Part shown: piece after piece, positions 44,901-54,760 of the stretch
How positions within the stretch are numbered: position 1 is the first letter of the stretch
How the letters are laid out: each line of letters begins with the position of its first letter
DNA from: Trichoplax sp. H2
Taxonomy: Eukaryota
DNA length: 64,000 nucleotides
Assembly (NCBI GenBank): GCA_003344405.1
Contig: NOWV01000127.1
Coordinates: 1 to 64,000 of the forward strand
Direction: 5' to 3'
The notes under the pieces: generated by a model
Told to the model about the DNA's origin: nothing
The model's input: the letters and a program-made list of their open reading frames with translations, nothing else
The model's database searches: none
Position numbers and translations under genes: made by a program

Positions 44901-45634
44901 AAATACAATAACTAATGCTAACTTATTAACCGATTTCTTATTATAGAGCATTTACATCTTACTTTTTTATGCCCTTAAGAACAAAGAAGTATGTAGCATG
45001 GCATAGGATAAAGTCTTGAACTTATTAATTATTGTGTTCTTAGATTATAGATTGCATGTTATATATCACAAAATGATAACGCTATAAATCGTAGATGATA
45101 ATATACTCATTTATTAAGGATCGATCAACTTGAAAATTTATTATTGCTATAATTGGCGTCCATAAGACTATAACTAACTGCTATAATATAATTGAATGAT
45201 ATAGATTCAATGCTACTAATTCATTCAGAGAATAATTTAACTAACTCTCTGTATTGACATAGATACAAATGGATTGTAAATCGAAGGCAAAAAATCATAC
45301 AGCGTATGAATTAAAGCCAACTAAGGGCAAATCTTCGTAAGTTGATGATTGATTCAAGGAATACACCGCCTTGAGTAATTGAGACAATTGTATACGTACA
45401 ATAGCTGATATTTCAATCTTAACAAAATATATCATACACTCGCATTTATATAACGTATATTTCACTTTATACCGTAGATCACACTTAACGCCAGCGAATT
45501 ATAACAATTATGAAGATGTAGGTGAAGACGCAATTTATCAGGTAAAAAATTTTTTACTGTCAAACAAGTGCTATAAAACAACTGATACAAAGTAATGTAT
45601 TCATTCTTTATGATAAAAATAGGAGGTGGATTAA
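20933..45634 (+). CDS. Giant adhesion GPCR: SP-IgGFcBD-Ig(7)-FN3(14)-Ig-HormR-GAIN/GPS-7TM, ~46 exons, ~3250 aa
   Basis: Continuous phase-compatible GT-AG exon chain from signal-peptide exon 20933-21002 (MKIIKLLSLVIISIHCIFTVQAQ) to final mini-exon 45623-45634 (EVD*). Domain motifs are given in the sub-features. Joining all exons into one transcript is inferred from splice phases. Confidence 0.85.
21929..23200 (+). CDS. Adhesion GPCR exon: IgGFc-binding protein (FCGBP) N-terminal domain
   Basis: 1272-nt phase 1-1 exon. Motifs SRGREF, DAYRALPVRTYGKEY, IVATEDNT, DFTGTQVSANKPIAVFGNNMCA, CNYLIAQYPSVERLGRIY and PSMNIVPAVDQFMTNY match the IgGFc_binding family pattern. Confidence 0.85.
23358..29595 (+). 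CDS. Adhesion GPCR exons: seven I-set-like Ig domains, one per exon
   Basis: Phase 1-1 exons 23358-23633, 23712-23972, 26915-27190, 27396-27683 (absent from the ORF track), 28146-28424, 28578-28835, 29299-29595. Each has the LxC...W(x)K/R...L...(D)xGxYxC pattern. Confidence 0.92.
30225..37384 (+). CDS. Adhesion GPCR exons: fourteen fibronectin type III domains
   Basis: Exons 30225-30545, 30717-31025, ten 297-nt exons (31260-35719), a split domain at 35808-35878 + 36556-36802, and 37076-37384. Typical motifs PxxPPxNV...SIxVxWxPP...NGxIxxY...LxPYTxYxITVKA...GFGP. Confidence 0.93.
31260..35719 (+). repeat. Tandem array of ten 297-nt FN3 exons with partly homologous introns
   Basis: Exon starts 31260, 31766, 32229, 32695, 33157, 33601, 34021, 34496, 34965 and 35423. 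Each is exactly 297 nt between AG and GT. Introns after copies 7-9 share recognisable sequence. Confidence 0.95.
37466..38291 (+). CDS. Adhesion GPCR exons: membrane-proximal Ig domain plus hormone-receptor (HormR/HRM) domain
   Basis: Ig exon 37466-37741. Exons 37938-38045 and 38185-38291 give FCLGEITSDMKWSKTYNGYTAIAKCPVSAKGNATRSC...VWDDIDTTNC, the C-W-CP-G-A-R-C-W-C HormR pattern. Confidence 0.88.
38739..42555 (+). CDS. Adhesion GPCR exons: GAIN domain with GPS motif
   Basis: Exons 38739-38906, 38976-39044, 39239-39353, 40654-40776, 41013-41082, 41678-41798, 41913-41974, 42441-42555. Motifs ISLPK, YKTL, INSQIISIS, LSHPVRIIF and CAFW...WDSTGC...TVCYCSHTTTFSVI. Confidence 0.92.
42718..45634 (+). 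CDS. Adhesion GPCR exons: class B2-like 7TM and cytoplasmic tail
   Basis: 7TM exons 42718-42815 (VITYICCGIAI), 43159-43261, 43353-43503 (LCVAISIFLHYIFLAAYSW), 43622-43703, 43840-43906 (CWLS), 44028-44122, 44275-44401 (QYIFAII), 44947-44988 (IYILLFYALKNKE). Tail exons 45263-45336, 45478-45541, 45623-45634. Confidence 0.85.
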
Positions 45635-46149
45635 AGACTTCAATAAAAACAGTAAAATGTTCGAATGGCTTATGCTATATTTAGTTGCCCAGTTTTACAA
45701 ATTATTCAACTAAATTTTGAATATAAATAAGTACATATATATAAGTATTATCAGGAATTGAACTTAATTAGAACAGTTTCATCTGTTCATTGATATCGTT
45801 TATGATTGGCATTTATCAAGACTATTTTCTTAATATCAACATTTACAAACGAAAACTGAACAATACAATTAATTATTACTACGTGGATAATTTAAAATAG
45901 CAATTACATCACAGCATGACCGATTAAGCGTTTTATGCTACGTATTCATAAAGTGAATTTCTTGTATTGATTTAAAAATTTTAATATGTTAGCTTATGTT
46001 TACTGTGATTCTTGCCCACCGGTAAGTGTATAGTATAAGTAACTTGTCTAACGTGGAGTTTTAGTTCTATTTTCAATTCAGATGTTTGTATACGGGTATT
46101 GATTAGGCAACATTAATAAAAGGTATTGCATAAGCAAATGGTATAATAG

Positions 46150-48583
46150 AATTTAGAAGTATGCCACAATACTTACATGATATAGATAAGATCACAAATT
46201 ATGAGAAGAAAAAGCTAGATGGGATGATTGTAATCAATCTTGACCGGCTACTTAAAATATTTCACTTATTTTTAAAATTGGTGATGAGCAATATAAAATA
46301 CTAGGAATAGAGGATTGCTTTGAAAAGGCATATAAGTCTGGCAAAATGCCAGAATTATGTTTCAATTACTCCATAAGAGGATTTAAACTAGTTAAGGATA
46401 AGAAAGAATTTATAATACAGTTAATGAAAGTTATCATATCATTTGCAAGATTGAAAGTGAAAACTGTGATCAAAACGACGGGTATGGTCGTCAATATTTT
46501 GTGCCTTATTGGCTGCATTCTTCGACTGAGTTACGGCTTACTGATTATTTCTAGTCTGTTTGGCTATCTATTGGATACGAAATTGCGTCGTATATTCCGG
46601 ATGGAATATTTATTGCCATTTATCAGCATCTTTAAAAGTGAGCAAGAATCCACAAGTAGAAGTCTATCATCGATTTATAAAATAGTATATACCGGATTAT
46701 TAGAGTGAGATTATTATCAAGAAAGAGGACTGTTATATAGGCTTAAATTACTGCTACAAGAATGTCTTGTAAAGAACTAATGGTATACGTTGAGGAACGT
46801 ATTAAAAGTTTAGTTAATATGATCAAACCCCATAATATGATAAAGAATAAGTTAAAAGAAGTAATTAATGACCAAATGCCAAAGTTTAAATCTGCACAAT
46901 ATGAATTTTACGTAAAATACTCTACATACAAAGGACTAACAAAAGCAATTAATGGTCTAACTGGCAAGAAAGATATAATCTGGTGTTTGCTGTGTGTAAG
47001 GTCTTATTTCAATCGATAACAATTCGTAAATAGCAACTTTTTACGGAAAATTAATTGGTATGATAAAGCAAAGAGTTGAGTGTTGAAATTTTATAGTGTG
47101 CTTTTTGCATTCTTGATTTTTGAATTTTTAACATAATATGCCACGAATCTCCATTTTTATAAACTGTAAAAAAGTAGACTTTTATTTTAAGTTAGTTTGA
47201 CCTAACTTGTTTTATCACGAGGTCACTGAATAGAGTTAATTTGTAGTTAGTCTTGTAGCAATCAATTATGAGTATTAAAGAAATAAATCTGATAAAAAGT
47301 ATCTATTATTTAGATCAACCGCAACAAGTTGAAGATGAATATAAGACGCCAGTAATATCCAGCAGTCATGGTAATTTATTTACTGGTGAAATTTTATAGA
47401 AAAATTGACTTATCTTTTGTTTCATTGCCAATCATTTTTCTTAAGCTGTTATAATTTCCTTGAAAAAGTAATACTCTTACTCGCACTTTATAATTCATTA
47501 ACACAAAATATTAAAACATAATATTAAACTTAAACAATAGAAATCAAAGTTTTTTACCTTTAATATTAATTTGTTCATTTACAATTACAGATCTTTACCA
47601 GGAAGAAAATTCATCGCAAATTAGTGACGGTAAATTATATTACCTAGCCTACAATGTCGATTCAGTCAATACAGTATCTAGCTAAGACGATGGTAATTCT
47701 TCGATGTTGCACAAAAAAAAACCATTGTCGTAAAGTTATAGTTGTCATTATCAAATAACACTGTTTAAGTAACTTTATTACAACTGAAAAATAGACGATA
47801 TGAATACAGCTATAGCTCGCTTTAGTCGCATCTTTATTACACTATTTTTAAACAGAACTAGCTACTCATTTTCCATAGTCACATCATCATAGCTAAAACG
47901 GTTCAATAAATGGATAGTCATAAATTGAAATAATTTTTACTGGTAGATGTAGGAAATAGCTAGCGTAGTGACAACAGTGATATTAACGCCATAAACTTGC
48001 AACATACAGAAGTCGAAGCCATAAAAAAATTCATGGGTGAGTTTCCAGCATAAACGTTTTGATACTGATATGAGTGGATTTATTTTTATCCATGCTTTCT
48101 TCCTAGAGACAATTGAAAATAGTCGAAGCAATCTGTCAATAGAAAATGACTTTGTAACGAAATTGATTTCAGTTTATTCAATGTAAATAACTATAAAAAT
48201 TAACAAATCAATCAGGCTCTAATCAAATTAATAAATACTATTGTATATTAATTCACTTATAATAGAGAAATGTTATTCCAGTATCATAAGTAGAATTGGA
48301 GATCGACGGGTTTAATTAGCAAAGCATTTATACCTTTCCGATAACAATGTTGATAATCTTAATCGACAATACGAAACTTTAAGTCAACATTCATATTTAC
48401 CGAAATCGGACAAAATGTTAAATTATTGGCAAGAGAAGAATCCTTCAAAATATCATTTACTGACATTAGTAGACATTCTATACGATCGCCAACAACACGA
48501 AATAGCAGATTCTCTTAACGATATGTTGTTGCGAAATCAATCACATCCTTTAGTATCTAAATATATCTTAACCATTTTACATG
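46150..48583 (+). pseudogene. Decayed Roco-like COR region plus death-domain exon (copy 1)
   Basis: 46150-47057 is collinear with the COR ORF at 49230-50135 but is frameshifted. Small exons at ~47314-47370 and 47591-47629. Death-domain-like exon 48266-48583 (IISRIGDR...LAKHLYLS...MLNYWQEK...LVDILYDRQQHEIADSL) has an in-frame TAA at 48313. Confidence 0.75.
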
Positions 48584-49139
48584 GTAAATATTCTAATTGT
48601 GGTCAATTTCAGCAAGATATCTGTTACGATGCGTAAGCATGTCCTAATTACGTGTGGCGACTGTATATAAGCCCGAGTAGAAAATATATCGCTCAGTTGA
48701 TACTTCTCTAGTGTACGATAAGGTACTATACTTTCGTTGTATGAAGTAAAAACTCATAAAACTAATCTTACAACAAGCCGCTTATTATACTTGTGAGGAA
48801 GTTGTTAGTCTTACAGTATCTCTCCGTAGTTAGTTGGAGTGACTAAGTAGCTCGTAAGTTAGTTGATTACTCACATTAGAAGGAGTAGGTAGTGCGGTGT
48901 GAGTGACACCTATGAATATGTTAATCAATTGAAATAGCTAAATTAAAGTAGGTGCTGAATATCCTGAAATGAAATATTGCTAATGTAGTTGCAAAACTGT
49001 GAGCTACAGTAACTACTGCATCATTAGTAGCTAATAGTACGTTAATTAACTACCCATGCTTGCTCTATAATATACTGTACTGTACATAAGTGTACAATAA
49101 ATTAATCAATTTATGCATCCTAATGTTAGTGATTAATAG

Positions 49140-51864
49140 CATACGTAATATTATGACATTGGATGAAATTAAACAGTTAGCCAAAGATTGCGGATTGTAC
49201 GAAGATGACGAAACATTTCAAAGTACAGTATGCTACAATACTTACATGATATAGGTGAAATCGAATATTGTAAGAAGAAAGAGCTCGATGGCGTGATTGT
49301 AATCAATCTTGACTGGCTATTCAGAATATTTCGGTTATTTATTAGAATTGATGGTGATAAACACGTTTACAGATATGCAGGAGTAGATGATTGCTTTGAA
49401 ACGGCTTATAAGACAAATATAATGTCAGGATTGCGTTTCGAGCACGCCATAGCGAAGTTTAAGTTAGATAAGAAAGAGAGAGAGCTTATTTTACAGTTAA
49501 TGGAAAGTTATCATATCGTTTGCAAGATTGACAATGAAAACAGCGATCATGACGGTCGCTATAGTGGGCAATATTTTGTGCCATGTTTACTGCGTTCTTC
49601 TACGGAGTTACGGCTTACTAATTATTTTCAATCAGCTTGGTTATATATTGGATACGAAAGAGCATCGTATAGTCCGGATGGAATATTTTATTGCCATTTA
49701 TCAGCGTGTTTAAAAATGTGGAAGAATCCACAAGTAGAAGTCTATCGTCGATGCGTAAAATATTATATACAGGATTATCAATGTGAGATTATTATCAAGA
49801 AAGAGGACGGTTACATAGGCTTACAATACTACTATACGATGCCTTCTAAAGATCTAATAGCGGACGCTGAGGAGTGTATTAAATAGGTAATTAATGTGAT
49901 TAAACCTCATAACATGATAAAGGAGAAGTTAAAAGAAGTAGTGACTGATAGAATGCCAAAGTATGAGTCTACAAAATAGGAATTTTATGTAGAATGCTCT
50001 GAATGTAATGAGCTAACCAAGTGGTTAGTCACTTAACCGGTAAGAAAAATATAATCCATTACTTGGAGTGTAAGGAATTTTTTCAATCGAAACCACTTCG
50101 TGAATGGCAAATGCTTGAGAAAGAGAAATTAGCAGGTATGATACAGCATCAAGTTGAGAATGGAAATTTTATTATTTGTTTTATGTATTGTTAATTTCTG
50201 GATTGTTTACCTGGCTAGGTGTACATGCAATGTAAAAAGTGCGCAGGTGGAAGTAGTACCGAATATTAATAGAGGGCATAAATTTTTACTATGATACATT
50301 TTACGCTTTGAATGATGGAAATTGCAATAGTGCAAACTTATATTCAATAGCATATACAGTATATTCAAAATGCAAGTGACTTTTAAACATAAACGCTCCC
50401 TTCTTGATTTTACTTTACTAGCCATTTTAATTGTTATATATTGTAGTAGAGGGGAATTATATGAGGGTTAGGCGAATTAGTTAGGTTTGCACAAGAAATT
50501 TTATTAATTAGGAACTATAATAACCATAATCGTTTATCACATAAATAAATGATAGTTGCGTTTATCAAACCAACACTTTATCGTGTACCGTATTTGCTAA
50601 TAGAAAATTGCAATTATCAGTATTGAAGAATTTGATTGAATGGTCCCGTTGATTAATTATTTAGATCAACCACAACGATTCCAACAGGAATATGAGATAC
50701 CAATAACATCTGGTAAACTATGTAATTTTATTTGTGTATGAAATCTTATAGTAAAATTGGTATGATCTATAATTCATCTTTGATCCCTTTTAACGAATGT
50801 TACTATATTCTTAGAAAAAGTACTATCTTGCATTTCACTTATCAAATACATATAAAGCCATATACCAAATTCTTTCCAGATTTCTGCAATTTGTGACCTC
50901 AAAATGCATGATAATGTGAAATAAAAACAAATTTGAAGTATCTAAACAGACTATCGTAATGATACTACATAATTTTTGTAAATGCCATCGTAATTAGTCG
51001 AGTAGTGATAAGAGTTTAAACATAAATCTCATTTATGCACTTAGAATAGTGCTATGATAGGCCAAAGTTGCTTAAATTGGACAAGTTGATAGAATTTGTC
51101 AAATTGATCCAATCTGTACCATTCTATTCTGTTATATTGACAAGATATTAAGTGTAGAGTTCCTTTATTGATAGATCTTAAACCTATTGTACAAGAACCT
51201 GCTATTTTTCGACAAGGAGGAATGCAAACTCAATGGGCTATAGATCCATTACAAGATGGTAAATTAATGATAATAGCCTATTTGTCACAGTTATTTTCCA
51301 AAGAACACAACAGCTTGAAATGCGACTTAGTACGGACAATAAGAACAAGATCTCAGAGGCAATACCATCTTGAAATTTAGAGCATGCATGTGTGCCTAGG
51401 ATAAATTTTGACATAATCATAATATTACGATAGGAAATCTACCAGGTAAAATAGCTAATGTGGTGTTTAGCTATTTCAGTAAAATAGTACTTTATGGTCT
51501 TACACTATTACGCTCAATTAATTAAATCTATCATATTTGCATTTCAGATAGTAAGAGAAATCAACGCTTTATCATTATTGCCGATAATATGGACGGAAAG
51601 AGATTGAAAGAATTTGGTTTGAAGTTAGGCTTGTCTTCTATTGATGTTGGAGATATTGTCGATAACAGTGACGAAAGATTTGCAAAGTGCATGAACATAT
51701 TAGGAACATGGTATTCTAAATTTGCTCCAAAAGTCAATTGGAATAATCTATTGGAAGCCTCACATACTTGTAAATTGGCAAATATTAGTGAAAAATTGGT
51801 AAAGACATTTACTGCTGATAGTAAATTCCATCTAAAATTATATACAAGACTGAATCAAACATGA
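49140..51864 (+). pseudogene. Decayed Roco-like COR region plus death-domain exon (copy 2)
   Basis: COR motifs MTLDEIKQLA...MLQYLHDIGEIEY...VIVINLDWL...LMESYHIVC...YFVPCLL. A 5-bp insertion at 49224-49230 and two in-frame TAG codons (49884 and ~49977) disrupt it. Linker exons at ~50664-50712 and 51175-51258. Terminal death-domain exon 51549-51864 (LKEFGLKLGLSSIDVGDI...CMNILGTW...WNNLLEA). No Roc GTPase exon was seen upstream. Confidence 0.78.
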
Positions 51865-52159
51865 AAGAAGAGTTGGTGTAGCAAGGCTTACTCGAAACCT
51901 TAGCTTACACCGAATCGAACTTTAAGGAAGGATAGGAGCAGCTAGTCGAATAGAACACTGAATCAGATTTTAAGGACGAATAGGTCTAATAAGGGAAACT
52001 TTAGAGTAATCAATTCAATCTAATCGAATATAAGACTGAATTTAGCTTGAGGCAATAATACGGCTTATTCGAAATTTCTGATTGAATACTGAATCAACGT
52101 TGAAGGAAGGATAGGTGTTACCAGGCCTATTGGAAATAGTTTAAGGTGATGGAAATAAA

Positions 52160-52420
52160 GTTGTAATCCGGCAGAATAGCAATTAGCGCCGTACGGTATT
52201 TATTGACAGATACGATCATGCCTTATTGATGACAGTTCCATCATTTCACACCCATATGGACTTCAACAGAATAATAACTTAACTGACGATTGAAACTATG
52301 ATCCAAATGAAGTTCTAATCCGGCGGACTAGCCATGAACACCGTCAGGTATTTATTGACAGAAAAGATTGCGCTTTGTAAACGGAAGTTCAATCTTTTTA
52401 CACCCATATGGACGTCAATT
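52160..52420. repeat. Diverged two-copy ~152-bp duplication
   Basis: TAATCCGGC...GGTATTTATTGACAGA...CACCCATATGGAC occurs twice; TATTGACAGA lies at 52201 and ~52353. Confidence 0.75.
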
Positions 52421-53065
52421 GTCTGAGAAATGTCATTAGCCCATCCATAGATTGCTGCCTACAGCTTCAATCAATCTTTTATTTGTATCCTTTGAGATGG
52501 ACAGCGAGCGCTTTCCAAATTGCACACTCGCATTCGTCATGATTGTCAATGCTTGTATCGACTATTTTACTTTCAAAAGATATCATTACTTATCGTAGGG
52601 GCTGAAATCATTTAAAGGTTATTTACATTATTGTCGGTTTGGTCATATTCTATCTTTCTGTATGAAATATTTGGGTTGTAGTTATTGGATAGTCTAGTAT
52701 ATCAAGGACTGAGATGCCTGTAGACTAACAACCAAGTCTACTAGCTATATTCAATTAAAGCAAGCATACTACTAGGTATTACTGTTCTTTACATATTACC
52801 CAATGAACAAGTAAAATTGCTATCGTGCTCATTCCTTGCTAATATTCATCTTCTTATCAACAAGGAGCTCGGTCATAGCTTATGATAGTTCAATCGCTAC
52901 TAATCAGATTCTACCTTGAGTAGTATACCTAGAGTAATTCTATTCAATGAATGCGAGTAGCAACTCGAGATTACTCATCTTCATCGATTCAAAATTACCT
53001 GATGAAGGACCATTAGTATCGTTACTCATTGCTTGCTCATATCCCTATAATGAACAAGTAGGAGC

Positions 53066-53402
53066 TTTACTCATGATATTTAAATCACTACTGTACAACG
53101 CTATTTGGGCATGATCGGGTTCTACCTGAATAGTATACTTACTTTATTTTACTCATGATATTTAAATCACTACTATACAGTGCAACGCTATTTCGATATG
53201 ATCCAATTCTACCTGAATAGTATACTTACTGTATTTTACTCATGATATTTAAATCACTACTGTACAGTGCAACGCTATTTCGGCATGATCCGATTCTACC
53301 TGAATAGTATGTTTACTCTATTTTACTAATAATAATATTTAAATCACCACTATACCACGTTATTTCGGCATGATTGGATTCCACTGAATAGTATATTTAC
53401 TC
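53066..53402. repeat. Minisatellite, 4 copies of ~82-90 bp
   Basis: Unit TTTACTCATGATATTTAAATCACTACT...TTCTACCTGAATAGTATACTTACT is repeated four times. Confidence 0.9.
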
Positions 53403-54514
53403 TCTTCTACCAAATGTAACTCGTAACTATCATTATCTAATAGTAGCTTATTTAATGGTCATTACTAATGACATTGAAATCACTGCAAGGTCATTTACTT
53501 TAGACAAGATCAGATTGTACCTTGGTAGTATACGAATGAATGCAAAGGAGCAACTACTTTAGGTACCACATTACTGTATTTACATATTGCTCAATGAGGC
53601 ACCATTTGCTCTGCTACCATTCAATTCTTGCTGGTTCTTTCTATTATCCAATAAGAGTTTGGTGATAGCAATTGGCAAATGATATTGAAAGCATCATCCT
53701 GGCAGACCGGATAATAAACTGTTCTAGAGTGTCGCTATCTGAGATCACTCCGCTTTGCTACAAGACAGGTATCACCTTGAAAGCGGAGTATTTTAGCGCA
53801 TTGACTTGCTGTCGTAATATCGCCTGTCCTGCAAACTACTGCTTGTTACCTTGTAGGGTACGCGCCATAGAACGTGGGGAATCCTCGATATCGTACAATA
53901 CTATTTACGGCGATCAAATGCTACAAATGTTCACGTGGATTAGGATGTGGTATTAAAGTTATGTTCGTACTAGGGCTGATTTATTGTCACAGTTCTAATG
54001 TCTGGTTAACGTGTATATGATATCGCGCTTGGCTTGGGCTTCTAAATAAAGTAGACTAAAGGATAGTAAAGCTCAAAATCTCAGATTCTTGATCTCGTTC
54101 CACTTGCAAACAGTTCTCGATACTAATACCTACCCATATGACCTATAAGCAAAATGGAATATTTGCATCTCTGCAACTTGAGTAATGAAAGTGCGGTAAA
54201 ACCGCCAAAGTGTATCCATCTTGTACCGTACAGATATCCATTGCAAACTATTCTAGTCTGAAAATGGAGCACAACAAGGACATCGGTACAGCAGATCCAC
54301 ATTGGCTATAGAGAATTGTAATCCAATTATACGAGCATACGCGTCTTTAATTTTTGAATGACAGTATATATCTATACAACATTGATTCATTATCATTATT
54401 ATTGAGCACCATTAGTGGACTAGCCCATTTTTATCCCGTCTGTTTTCTCGATTGAAAATATCCAACCCATGCCAGGCAGTTTGCAGTCTATCGGCCACCT
54501 GCTGCTAATAATAT

Positions 54515-54760
54515 CATCGAGCAGTACAGGCTAGTTCAGAAAGAAAAGATGAACAAGAAATTGTCTCCAAATTGTCAGCCCAGCATGCTGCTCGCTACAC
54601 AATCATCGGTTGCTACGTACACCATGATGTTGACTCAAATCGAGCAGTATAGTACAGGCTAGTTCAGAAAGAAAAGATGAGCAAGAAATTGTCTCTAAAT
54701 TGTCAGCCAGCTTGCTACCCGCTACGCAATCATCGGTTGCCTCGATACGCCATGATGTTT
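54515..54760. repeat. Two-copy ~125-bp tandem duplication
   Basis: ATCGAGCAGTA...CAGGCTAGTTCAGAAAGAAAAGATGA...CAATCATCGGTTGC...CCATGATGTT occurs twice. Confidence 0.9.

Noticed and set aside
49884-49979. Two in-frame TAG codons suggesting read-through or a variant genetic code
   Set aside because: The same module also has a frameshift, its paralog is decayed, and the intact genes use the standard code. Pseudogenisation is simpler.
53066-53402. Possible CRISPR-like repeat-spacer array
   Set aside because: Whole units are homologous with no unique spacers, the context is eukaryotic, and no cas genes are present.
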